In this document: positions 18,725 to 27,075 of the stretch, in pieces
Numbering within the stretch: position 1 is the stretch's first letter
How the letters are laid out: each line of letters begins with the position of its first letter
NCBI GenBank assembly: GCA_001771975.1
Contig: MERE01000101.1
Coordinates: 1-40,466 of the forward strand
From: Betaproteobacteria bacterium RIFCSPLOWO2_02_FULL_68_150
GTDB lineage: Bacteria > Pseudomonadota > Gammaproteobacteria > Burkholderiales > SG8-39
Direction of reading: 5' to 3'
DNA: 40,466 bases
Translations under genes and position numbers: made by a program
Notes under the pieces: model-generated
What the model saw: the letters and a program-made list of their open reading frames with translations, nothing else
Databases searched by the model: none
Told to the model about the DNA's origin: nothing

Positions 18725-19269
18725 AAGCGCCACACCGCGCCATCGCGCACGATGTGCCCGCCGGTCGGGGTGGCGAAATGGGTGCCGAGCACCAGTACCG
18801 ACCGGTTCGAGCAGCGCTCCAGGAAAGCGCGCCGCGTGCGGCGCGCGGCGTGAGGATCGACGTCGAAGCGGTTGGCCCAGTCGGGCTCTGCGCACTGCAC
18901 TGGATGGTGCATGAGATCTCCCGTGATGACCGCCGCCTCGCCGCGCGAGGCGATGCACACGCTGACGTGGCCCGGCGTGTGGCCCGGGGTCGGCTGCAGA
19001 GACACCTCGCCGGTTATGCGGTGGTTCGTTGCCACCAGGTCGGCGAGACCGGAGTCGAGCACCGGACGCACCGAGTCGTCCCGCGCGTCGCGGTCCGGTC
19101 CCGGCAACTCCCGCGACCAGTGCTCCCATTCGCTGCGGCCGAAGAGGTAACGCGCGTTCGGAAACGTGGGCACCCAGCGGCCATCCACCCGCATCGTGTT
19201 CCATCCGACGTGGTCGACGTGCAAATGCGTGCACAGCACGGTGTCCACCTGCTCGCGACGGTATGGTGG
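18700..19269 (-). pseudogene. 5'-truncated MBL-fold metallo-hydrolase
   Basis: THLHVDHVGWN, PGHTPGH, TGDLMHHP, GTHF are present, but the reading frame begins only ~13 codons before the HxHxDH motif, at the upstream gene's stop. Confidence 0.75.
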
Positions 19270-20088
19270 TCACCTGGGCGGCAGATCGGCGTATGCCGCC
19301 GGGGCACCGCCTCCTGCCGCGGCGATCGAGCGCTGGATGTCCTCGATGCTGAAGATTCCCGGCTGCAGCGCATTCAGGTATTCGAAACTCTCGGCGACGG
19401 AATGATCGCGCGTGTACGAGATCATCCGCTTGGTCGCTGCCACCGCGACCGGTGCCCTGGAAGCAATGCGCCGCGCGATGGCAAGGGCGCCCGCGACAAG
19501 CGTGTCGTGGCTCTCGAACAGCGCGTTCACGAATCCGAGCCGCTCGGCGCGCTCCGCGCCAAGGCGCTCCCCCGTATAGCCCAGTTCGCGCACCACACCC
19601 TCGGGAAGCTGCTTCGGCAGCCGGTTGAAAGTGCCGACGTCGGCCAGCATGCCGAGGTTGATCTCCTGGATGACGAAGAACGCGTCGTGCGTCGCATAGC
19701 GCAGGCAGCAGGCGGTGACGAGGTCGACGCCGCCGCCGATGCAACCGCCCTGCACCGCCGCGATCACCGGAAAGCGCGCTTCGGCCAGCGCGTGAAAACT
19801 CTGCTGCAGCTCCTCGAGCTTGGCGCGAAAGCGCGCCCGCGCCGCCACCGTAGCGGTGCCGAGCGGATCGCCGCCTGCGAACACCGCCAGATCCATTCCG
19901 GCGCTGAAGTGCGGCCCGCTCGACGAGATCACCAGCGCGCGCACGCCGCCGCGCGCATCGAGCTCGCGCACCGCCCGCGGCAACTCGCGCCAGAACCCCA
20001 GCGTCATCGCGTTGCGCCGCTCGGGGCGCGACAGCCGCAGGTGTGCTACCTGGCCCTCGACCGAGACCTCGAAACATTCGTGCGCCAT
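19270..20088 (-). CDS. Enoyl-CoA hydratase/isomerase (crotonase) family
   Basis: RPERRNAM, FSAGMDL, GGCIGGGVDL, QEINLGMLADVG; AGGAG SD. Confidence 0.94.
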   Translation of the reverse strand: MAHECFEVSVEGQVAHLRLSRPERRNAMTLGFWRELPRAVRELDARGGVRALVISSSGPHFSAGMDLAVFAGGDPLGTATVAARARFRAKLEELQQSFHALAEARFPVIAAVQGGCIGGGVDLVTACCLRYATHDAFFVIQEINLGMLADVGTFNRLPKQLPEGVVRELGYTGERLGAERAERLGFVNALFESHDTLVAGALAIARRIASRAPVAVAATKRMISYTRDHSVAESFEYLNALQPGIFSIEDIQRSIAAAGGGAPAAYADLPPR

Positions 20089-20189
20089 GGCGGCGGCTCC
20101 TCGCGGAATCGAATGCGCGCGAGCTTAGCACCGCGCGTGCGCCGCCGCGCCCCGGTTTATCATTCGCGCGTCATGACTGCCCGCTCACG

Positions 20190-21746
20190 ATGAATTCGCC
20201 CGCCGGCGCAGACACGCTTTCCGATCTCATCCGCAGCCACGCCGCGCGCGACCCCGCGCACGCTGCGTTGCGGCAGGACGGCCGCGAGCTGAGTTACGGC
20301 GCGCTCGACGCGCTGATGGACCGCGTGGCTGCCGCGCTTCAGCGCGATGGGCTCGCGCCGCAGGATGCGATCGCGATCTGCGCCGGCACATCGCTCGAGT
20401 ACGCCGCGGTCTTCCTGGGAGCCCTGCGCGCCGGCATCGCCGTGGCGCCGCTGGCGCCGTCGTGCACCCCGAGCGAAATCGCTGACATGGCAACCGATGC
20501 CGGTGCGAGGCTCCTGTTCCTGGACGAGAGCGTCGCACAGGCGCTCGCGCCGGTGGCCACGCGACTCAAGGCGCGGTGCCTCGCGCTGGACGGCTCTGCC
20601 GCGGGCGCACCACTGCGGCACTGGCTGGCGGCCGATGGCACCGCCCCGGTGGCGATCGCCGTGCAGCCGCACTGGGCGTTCAACATCATCTACTCCTCCG
20701 GCACCACGGGGGTTCCCAAAGGCATCGTGCAATCGCATGCCATGCGCGGGGGCCACGTGCAGCGCGCCGCGATCTACGGCTACGGCCGCGACACCGTGAC
20801 GCTGCTCGCCACGCCGCTGTACTCCAACACCACGTTGGTGTGCTTCTTTCCTGCGCTCAGCGCCGGCGGCACCGCAGTGCTGATGGGCAAGTTCGACGCG
20901 GCCGCCTACCTGGCGCTCGCCGAGCGGCACCACGCGACCCACACCATGCTCGTGCCGGTTCAATACCAGCGCATCATGGCGCTGCCCGAGTTCGGCCGCT
21001 ACGACCTGCAGAGCTTTCGCTACAAGTTCTGCACCAGCGCGCCATTCCGCGCCGCGTTGAAGGCCGACGTCCTGGCGCGCTGGCCGGGCGGGCTGGTCGA
21101 GTTCTACGGCCTGACCGAAGGCGGCGGCACCTGCATCCTGGTTGCGCACGAACACCCCGGCAAGCTGCACACGGTAGGCAAACCCGCGCAGGGGCACGAC
21201 GTGCGCCTGATCGACGAGCAGGGCCGCGAGGTCCCACCGGGTGCATTGGGCGAAGTCGTCGGGCGCTCGCCGATCATGATGAACGGCTACCACAACCAGC
21301 CGGAAAGAACGCGCGAAGCCGAGTGGTACTCGCCCGCGGGTGAGCGTTTTATCCGCAGCGGTGACCTCGGCCGCTTTGACGCCGACGGCTTTCTCGTGCT
21401 GACCGATCGCAGGAAGGACATGATCATCACGGGCGGCTACAACGTCTACCCGAGCGACCTCGAGACGGTCATGCGCGGGCACGCCGAAGTGGCCGATGTC
21501 GCGGTGGTCGGCGTGCCTTCGGACCAATGGGGCGAAACACCGGTTGCGTTTGTCGTGCTCAAACCGGGTGCCCGCGCAAGCGCGCAGGCGCTGCTCGAAT
21601 GGACCAATTCCCGTGTCAACAGGATCCAGCGGCTGGCCGACCTGCAACTTGCCGCCAACCTGCCGCGCAGCGCAATCGGCAAGGTGCTGAAGCGGGAGCT
21701 GCGCGACGCCTACGAGAGTGTGCCGGCGTCCCGGCCGCCCGTGTAA
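20190..21746 (+). CDS. Acyl-CoA synthetase (AMP-forming, class I adenylate-forming)
   Basis: IIYSSGTTGVPKG, YGLTEGG, SGDLG, DRRKDMIITGG, LPRSAIGKVLK. Confidence 0.94.
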   Translation: MNSPAGADTLSDLIRSHAARDPAHAALRQDGRELSYGALDALMDRVAAALQRDGLAPQDAIAICAGTSLEYAAVFLGALRAGIAVAPLAPSCTPSEIADMATDAGARLLFLDESVAQALAPVATRLKARCLALDGSAAGAPLRHWLAADGTAPVAIAVQPHWAFNIIYSSGTTGVPKGIVQSHAMRGGHVQRAAIYGYGRDTVTLLATPLYSNTTLVCFFPALSAGGTAVLMGKFDAAAYLALAERHHATHTMLVPVQYQRIMALPEFGRYDLQSFRYKFCTSAPFRAALKADVLARWPGGLVEFYGLTEGGGTCILVAHEHPGKLHTVGKPAQGHDVRLIDEQGREVPPGALGEVVGRSPIMMNGYHNQPERTREAEWYSPAGERFIRSGDLGRFDADGFLVLTDRRKDMIITGGYNVYPSDLETVMRGHAEVADVAVVGVPSDQWGETPVAFVVLKPGARASAQALLEWTNSRVNRIQRLADLQLAANLPRSAIGKVLKRELRDAYESVPASRPPV

Positions 21747-21764
21747 ACTAAGCGTGAGTATTCA

Positions 21765-21793
21765 TGGACTAACCGCAGCCACGGCGGTATACT
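21765..21793 (+). promoter_or_regulatory. sigma70 promoter of the second cassette/leader RNA
   Basis: TGGACT-N17-TATACT. Confidence 0.75.
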
Positions 21794-21799
21794 ACGCGG

Positions 21800-21896
21800 G
21801 CAAACTGCTCGCACAGAGAACCGACATCCGGCCGGCCGCATGAGCGCGGCGGCGTGATCGAAAAAAGCCCGGAGGACCGGGCTTTTTTGTTTTTTT
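21800..21896 (+). ncRNA. Candidate ~90-nt small RNA or attenuator leader (unassigned)
   Basis: Bounded by the promoter and an intrinsic terminator; internal GCCGC/GCGGC hairpin; only a 5-codon ORF (MSAAA, 21840-21857). Confidence 0.4.
21861..21896 (+). terminator. Intrinsic terminator homologous to the cspA terminator
   Basis: AAAAAA-GCCCGG-AGGA-CCGGGC-TTTTTTGTTTTTTT. Confidence 0.88.
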
Positions 21897-21910
21897 ACCG
21901 GGGACAGCCC

Positions 21911-22144
21911 ATGGACAAGCGCAAGGTGTGGCGGGAACAGGAACAGCTGCTGGTGCAGCGATGGAACGCGGCGGCCACGCGCTACCAGGAACTGCAGGCG
22001 CGGATTTCGCGCCAGGCGGCCGGCGGCGATCCTGCGAACGAAACCCTGATGCGGGAGGCGGAACAGGCGCGCGCCGATATCGACGCCGTGAGGCGTCAGG
22101 TTGCGCGCCTCAAGGTCGAGTTCGTTTCCGGAAAGCGGTATTAG
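21911..22144 (+). CDS. Hypothetical 77-aa helical-hairpin/coiled-coil protein (C)
   Basis: GGGGAC SD then ATG; two amphipathic helices joined by AGGDP; 2 nt to the next ATG. Confidence 0.75.
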   Translation: MDKRKVWREQEQLLVQRWNAAATRYQELQARISRQAAGGDPANETLMREAEQARADIDAVRRQVARLKVEFVSGKRY

Positions 22145-22146
22145 CG

Positions 22147-22764
22147 ATGCGGATCCTGGGACGCGGCCGGGTTGCGATGTGGACCCGGGAAAAGATCAGT
22201 TCCCTGAGCACGCCCGAGCTGCGCCAACTGCACCAGAACGCCGAGCGGCTGCACGAAACCGAGGTCGCCACGCTGTGCGCCGAGGTGCTCGGCGCGCGGC
22301 CCCGCAGCCGGGCGGCGGTGCGCCGGCCCAGGCGCAAAGGCAGCGCGGGACGGCTCGTCGCGCGCAGCAAGGCGTTCGAATTGCGCGGTGTCAGCCTGCA
22401 AAACCGCTTCTGGAGCCGCGGCGGCGTGCGCCCGAGCGACGGGATGGTGGTGGTCGCGCTGTGGGCTGAGGACGTGCAGCGCGCCAACGCTGTCAGCAGC
22501 TGCCTGCTCTGGGCACCGAACGTAGCGGGCTCACGCCCCTGGTCGGACAAGCTCGGCGGCAAGGAGCGGCTGGCGCATTGCCGGCTCGCGGCCGAGCGCG
22601 GTGCTGCCGAAGGACTGCTCGTGTATGGCACTCGCCTCGAGGGATCGCTGCCCGAGGACCGGGCGCTCAGCGTGGACGGGGTGGATCCGGAAAACGTGCT
22701 CGAGCTGCGGGTAGACAGGCGTGGCGACGAGTACTGGGCCACGTGGGGCAACAGCAACATTTGA
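22147..22764 (+). CDS. Hypothetical 205-aa protein (A2): A1-like N-terminal domain plus ~130-aa Trp-rich alpha/beta domain
   Basis: N-terminus aligns with A1; C-terminal part QNRFWSRGGVRPSDGMVVVALW...EYWATW looks globular. Confidence 0.82.
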   Translation: MRILGRGRVAMWTREKISSLSTPELRQLHQNAERLHETEVATLCAEVLGARPRSRAAVRRPRRKGSAGRLVARSKAFELRGVSLQNRFWSRGGVRPSDGMVVVALWAEDVQRANAVSSCLLWAPNVAGSRPWSDKLGGKERLAHCRLAAERGAAEGLLVYGTRLEGSLPEDRALSVDGVDPENVLELRVDRRGDEYWATWGNSNI

Positions 22765-22780
22765 TCGCCGAAGGAAACCT

Positions 22781-23125
22781 ATGAGCATCCCGGTCACCGA
22801 GCACAAGCGATTCTGGGTCGGCAAGTACGAGATCGTCGCCCGGCCGATACCGCATTCCACGCACATGCTGCGCTACACGGTGTTTCTCGGCGGCACGCGC
22901 ATCGGCGCGCTCGCCAGCATGCCGTCCGAATCGGATTGCCTGTTCCTCGAGAAACCGCCGGCCGTGCCGCCGCTCAAGCTCTATTCGACCGGTTATCGTC
23001 CGGGGCGCCCGAAAAACGGTTCACGGCCTCCGGCAGCGGCTGCCGAGAAGGCACCGCCGCCCCCGAGCGAAGACCTGCCGGACGGGCTTCCGCTGCCCGA
23101 CCCGAGGAACCCCGAAGAGCGCTAG
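22781..23125 (+). CDS. Hypothetical 114-aa protein (B2), paralog of B1
   Basis: AAGGA SD; YEIVARPIPH, RYTVF, PSESDC, YRPGRPKN. Confidence 0.83.
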   Translation: MSIPVTEHKRFWVGKYEIVARPIPHSTHMLRYTVFLGGTRIGALASMPSESDCLFLEKPPAVPPLKLYSTGYRPGRPKNGSRPPAAAAEKAPPPPSEDLPDGLPLPDPRNPEER

Positions 23126-23200
23126 CAGGCCGCGTTGAGCCGCAAACAGCGGCTTGGCCGCGCAGCGCGGATGAAACACGACGGCGAGCGCCGCCGCAAA

Positions 23201-23389
23201 CTACTTCGGCAGTTCGCCTCCCGAAAGCGCGAGGCGCTTGAGCTTGCGGTCGGTCATGATCTTTTCGTAACACTCCGCGCAAACTTCCCGCTTGCGGTTG
23301 CCCCCCGGGAGGGTCCTGAAGCTGGCGCGCGGCTTGGAATGCTGGCCGTGATAGCAGTACTTGAGGGGGTTCAGGTTCGTCATCGTCAT
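23201..23389 (-). CDS. Putative 62-aa zinc-binding microprotein
   Basis: CYHGQH...CAEC, basic; ATG overlaps the arfB stop (ATGA). Confidence 0.65.
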   Translation of the reverse strand: MTMTNLNPLKYCYHGQHSKPRASFRTLPGGNRKREVCAECYEKIMTDRKLKRLALSGGELPK

Positions 23390-23802
23390 TCCGGTAGCGG
23401 CTTGCCTCGCAATGCTTTGATCCTACCGCGTCGTATCTTACTCTGGATACGCCTTCGCTTCGATGCCTGCGTGGGCCGGGTCGGCCGGCGCGGCCGGCGA
23501 GGGGTCGCAGCCCGACTGACCAGAAGCTGCAGGCGTTGGCGCGCCTCCGCGCGATTCAGTTCCAGGCTGCGGTGCCGCTGCGCCTTGATGACGATCACGC
23601 CATCGCGGGTGATGCGCTGGTCCCGCAGCGCGCGCAGCCGCGCCTTGACCGCTTCCGGCAGCGAAGAGGCGGCAACGTCGAAGCGCAGGTGCACGGCATT
23701 GGCGACCTTGTTGACGTTCTGCCCTCCCGCCCCGGTCGCGCGCACCGCCGTGATGCGGACCTCGTTTTCCGGTACCAGCAGCCGCTGCGATGGCGTGGTC
23801 AC
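23386..23802 (-). CDS. arfB: Alternative ribosome rescue factor B (peptidyl-tRNA hydrolase, YaeJ)
   Basis: GAGGQNVNKV (GGQ), AVHLRFD, basic tail RRPTRPTQASKRRRIQSK. Confidence 0.95.
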   Translation of the reverse strand: MTTPSQRLLVPENEVRITAVRATGAGGQNVNKVANAVHLRFDVAASSLPEAVKARLRALRDQRITRDGVIVIKAQRHRSLELNRAEARQRLQLLVSRAATPRRPRRPTRPTQASKRRRIQSKIRRGRIKALRGKPLPE

Positions 23803-23874
23803 GCAGGCAGTATAGCCGGGCGTTGACGTGCAGTCGCACCTTCATCCATCATCGCCGCATTACAAGGAGAGCCC

Positions 23875-24162
23875 ATGCGAACCGCACTGACGATACTGCT
23901 TGCCGCCGCCACGCTCGCCGCAAGCGCCGCCGTCGCCGCCGACTTCAAGATCACCGGCGGCGATACCATCGAGTCGGTACTGATGGCGCAGAAAGCCAAG
24001 CGCGTCACGGTGCGCCTGCGCTCGGGGCAGGAGATCACCGGAACGGTGCGCGAGCTCACGCCGCGCCTGGTGCAGCTCGGTGCGGTCAGCGGCCGTGACT
24101 TCTTCGACGCCGTGATCGCGCTGGAGGCGATCGAGGCGGTGGTGATCCGCACGCGCGACTGA
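23875..24162 (+). CDS. Exported 95-aa hypothetical protein with Sm/LSm-like beta pattern
   Basis: AAGGAG SD; Sec-type signal peptide; KRVTVRLRSGQEITGTV and AVIALEAIEAVVIR. Confidence 0.8.
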   Translation: MRTALTILLAAATLAASAAVAADFKITGGDTIESVLMAQKAKRVTVRLRSGQEITGTVRELTPRLVQLGAVSGRDFFDAVIALEAIEAVVIRTRD

Positions 24163-24171
24163 TCCGCCGGC

Positions 24172-25515
24172 GTGCCCCGTCTGCTGCGCGTCACGCTGCT
24201 CTCGGCCCGTGACCTCCTTGCCGCGGCGGGGCCGTTCGTGCTCATCGCGCTGGTCCTGCTGGTCGGGGCGTATTTCCTCCTCAAGCCGACGCCACCCAGA
24301 CGCGTGGTGCTGGCGACCGGCCCCGCGTTCAGCGATTTCGAATCTTTCGGCAAGCGTTACCAGGACGAGCTGAAACGCCACGGCATCGAGGTAACGCTGC
24401 GCGCAACCGAAGGTTCCACCGCCAACCGCCGCCTGCTGCGCGACGCGAAGCACGACGTCGATTTCGGCTTCATGCGCGGCGGCACGAGCGAGACCGTGCT
24501 CGCTGCGGAAGAGGCCAAAGGCGGCATGGCGCTGGTTTCGCTCGGCAGCCTGTTCTACGAACCGGTGTGGATTTTCTATCGCACCGACGCGGCGAAGAAA
24601 CTTCCGGGCGGCAGGCTTGCCAGCCTGCTGCCGCTGCGCGACTGGCGTGTCAACACGGGCGCCCGGGGCAGCGGCCCCACCCCGATCCTGCTCAGGCTGT
24701 TGCAGGCGAACGGCATCGCGCGCGACGCCGTCAAGCTCGATCGCCAGGAGCAGGGCCCGGCGGTGGCGGCCTTTTTCGATGGTTCTCTCGACGCGCTGGT
24801 TCTCGTCTCTGCGCCCGAGGGTGCCGCGGTGCAGGTGCTGCTGCGCGAACCCGGCATCGCGCTGTACGAGTTCGATCAGGCGGAGGCCTATTCGCGCCGC
24901 TTTGCGTATTTGAACAGGGTGGTGCTGCCGCGCGGCATCGTGGATTTCGCCAAGGACTCGCCGCCGCACGACGTGCCGCTGCTGGCGCCGACCACGATGC
25001 TGGTGGCGCGCGAAGACACGCATCCCGCGCTGGTGCAGTTGTTCGTGCAGGCGGCGCACCGCATCCACGGCGAGCCGGGCTGGTTCGCGCACGCGCGCCA
25101 GTTCCCGAGCGCGCGCGATTCGGAACTGCCGCTGGCACGCGAGGCCGAGCGCTTTTACCGCAGCGGTCCGCCGCTGCTGCAGCGCTATCTGCCGTTCTGG
25201 CTAGCCAACCTGATCGACCGCATGTGGGTGGCGCTGCTGTCGATCATCGCGCTGCTGATTCCACTCGGGCGCATCGTGCCGCCGCTGTACCAGTTCCGGG
25301 TGCGCTCGCGCATCTTCCGCTGGTACCGGCACCTGCGCGGTATCGAGCAGGAGCTGGCGAGCGGGGGCACACCGCCCGCCGAGCTGCTGGCGGCGCTGGA
25401 GCGGCTCGAAGCGAAGGCCGAGCGCATCACCGTGCCGCTGTCCTACACCGACGAGCTGTACGCGCTGCGCAGCCATATCGGCATGGTGCGCGAGCGGCTG
25501 CGGCTGGCGAGGTAG
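24172..25515 (+). CDS. TAXI-family TRAP solute-binding protein with N- and C-terminal membrane anchors
   Basis: VVLATGP, TEGSTAN, LGSLFYEPVWIFY, HPALVQL, LQRYLPFWLANLIDR. Confidence 0.88.
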   Translation: MPRLLRVTLLSARDLLAAAGPFVLIALVLLVGAYFLLKPTPPRRVVLATGPAFSDFESFGKRYQDELKRHGIEVTLRATEGSTANRRLLRDAKHDVDFGFMRGGTSETVLAAEEAKGGMALVSLGSLFYEPVWIFYRTDAAKKLPGGRLASLLPLRDWRVNTGARGSGPTPILLRLLQANGIARDAVKLDRQEQGPAVAAFFDGSLDALVLVSAPEGAAVQVLLREPGIALYEFDQAEAYSRRFAYLNRVVLPRGIVDFAKDSPPHDVPLLAPTTMLVAREDTHPALVQLFVQAAHRIHGEPGWFAHARQFPSARDSELPLAREAERFYRSGPPLLQRYLPFWLANLIDRMWVALLSIIALLIPLGRIVPPLYQFRVRSRIFRWYRHLRGIEQELASGGTPPAELLAALERLEAKAERITVPLSYTDELYALRSHIGMVRERLRLAR

Positions 25516-25720
25516 GCTGCTTGCCGAGCAGTTTCGGGTTTGCGGCGATCGGACGATTGCCTGGCGGCGACACCATCGGTTGTCCGGGTGCGTATCCTGA
25601 GGAATCAACGCGGTAGCGCCACGCCACCCGGTGAACGGCGCTTACAACCTGTTTCAATTTTCCCCGCATCGCGGACAGCGACAAACCGGTCCAAGCGTTA
25701 TAGGGTCAGAGCAGCCCAAG

Positions 25721-27031
25721 ATGCGCATCGTCCGATTTCTCCTCGCCGCACTCATTGCACTGGCCGCGACCGCGCCCGTGCAGAGCGCGCATGCGCAGGC
25801 GCCGTACACGCAGGCCGAGCTGGACCAGATGCTTGCCCCCATTGCCCTGTATCCGGACGCCCTGCTCTCCCAGATCCTGCTCGCCGCCACCCGGCCGCTC
25901 GAGGTGGTCGAGGCCGCCCGGTGGTCGCGCGCCAATCCGGAGCTTCAGGGCGATGAGGCGGTGCAAGCCGTGCAGCGGGAGTACTGGGATCCGAGCGTGA
26001 AATCCCTGGTTGCGTTTCCGCAGCTGCTCGCGCGCATGGACGAAAAGCTCGAGTGGACCAAGGCGCTCGGCGATGCCTTCTTCGTGCAGGAGCCGGTGGT
26101 CATGGAAACGATCCAGGAACTGCGGCGGCGCGCACGCGCGGCCGGCCATTTGCTGCCGGACGATCGGCTGCGCGTTCGCGAGGACGGGCAGGCCATCGTC
26201 ATCGAGCCCGCGGTGCCGCAAATGCTGTACGTCCCCTATTACGATCCCTGGGTCGTTTATGGCCCGTGGTGGTGGTCTGCCTACCCGCCCATCGCGTGGA
26301 CGCCCTGGCCCGGATACGTGGTTCGCAGGCCGGGCGGTCCGGCCGGCTTCTGGTGGGGGCCGGGCAGCGGAGTCTCGATCCGGTTCATGATCGGCAGCGT
26401 CGACTGGTTCCATCGTCGCGTGCGCGTTCCGGTGCATCCCGGTTATTCGCGCCCGGTGACGATTCACCGCGATCCGCCGCTGCCGCGCCGCATCGCGCCC
26501 GATTCCGTGGCGCCCGAGCCCAGGATCGAGCCGCGGGCGCCGCGCGCCGAACGGCCCTATCCGCGGCGCGATTTCCGCCCGGACGCCGCTGCGCCCGAAG
26601 CGCGCAGGATCGAGCCGCGAGCGGGCCCGGTGGTCGATCCCGCCCCGCGGTTCACGCAGCGCGCGCCGCAAACGCAGCAGCCCGCGCCCGCGACACCTGT
26701 CGCGCCGGTGCGGGTCGAACGCCCACTTCGCACCGAAGTGCCGCGCGTCCAGCGTGCACCGCAAACTCAGCCGGCGCAATCACAAGCGCAGCGCATCGAG
26801 CGCGCCCCACAGCCGCAGCCTCAGCCGCCGCAATCGCAGGTGCAGCGCATCGAACGCGCCCCGCAGCCTCAGCCGCCGCACGCCAAAGCCTCTCGGTTCC
26901 AGGCACCGCAAGCCCTGCCGCCACGCGGCGAGCCTGCGCCCAAAGCGGCGCCAGCGCGCACCGAACCCGCATCGCGCAAGAACGGGCGCGACGCGCACGA
27001 TGCTCCGCCGCGCGGCGGCGTGCGACCCTAA
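25721..27031 (+). CDS. DUF3300 domain protein with Pro/Gln/Arg-rich tail
   Basis: [45 protein letters not shown]; signal peptide from the ATG at 25721. Confidence 0.9.
   Translation: MRIVRFLLAALIALAATAPVQSAHAQAPYTQAELDQMLAPIALYPDALLSQILLAATRPLEVVEAARWSRANPELQGDEAVQAVQREYWDPSVKSLVAFPQLLARMDEKLEWTKALGDAFFVQEPVVMETIQELRRRARAAGHLLPDDRLRVREDGQAIVIEPAVPQMLYVPYYDPWVVYGPWWWSAYPPIAWTPWPGYVVRRPGGPAGFWWGPGSGVSIRFMIGSVDWFHRRVRVPVHPGYSRPVTIHRDPPLPRRIAPDSVAPEPRIEPRAPRAERPYPRRDFRPDAAAPEARRIEPRAGPVVDPAPRFTQRAPQTQQPAPATPVAPVRVERPLRTEVPRVQRAPQTQPAQSQAQRIERAPQPQPQPPQSQVQRIERAPQPQPPHAKASRFQAPQALPPRGEPAPKAAPARTEPASRKNGRDAHDAPPRGGVRP
26510..26880 (+). repeat. Degenerate intragenic repeats (RIEPRA x2, QRAPQTQ x2, [15 protein letters not shown] x2)
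   Basis: Repeated cagcgcatcga(g/a)cgcgcccc...cagcctcagccgccgca units 54 nt apart. Confidence 0.7.
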
Positions 27032-27075
27032 GTGCGCTACCATGCGCGCTTTTCGGCGCGCAGGGAGATTCGGCG

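Noticed and set aside
19270-19272. UGA as a selenocysteine codon
   Set aside because: The crotonase is complete at this position, it is not a Cys-homologous site, and I could not identify a SECIS hairpin.
21854-21910. Upstream GTG start for ORF C, and the extended starts of A2, B1 and B2 in the ORF track
   Set aside because: These extensions run through terminators or neighbouring genes; SD positions and paralog alignment support the downstream ATGs.
23135-23815. 226-aa plus-strand ORF after cassette 2
   Set aside because: It is antisense to arfB and the zinc microprotein, has a TTG start without an SD, and has no motif.
25516-25720. Intergenic region as a riboswitch or regulator site
   Set aside because: There is only a weak CTTAC-N6-TTTC half-site pair and no recognisable aptamer.
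26510-26880. Repeats as a possible CRISPR array
   Set aside because: They are in-frame degenerate coding repeats with no repeat-spacer structure and no cas genes.
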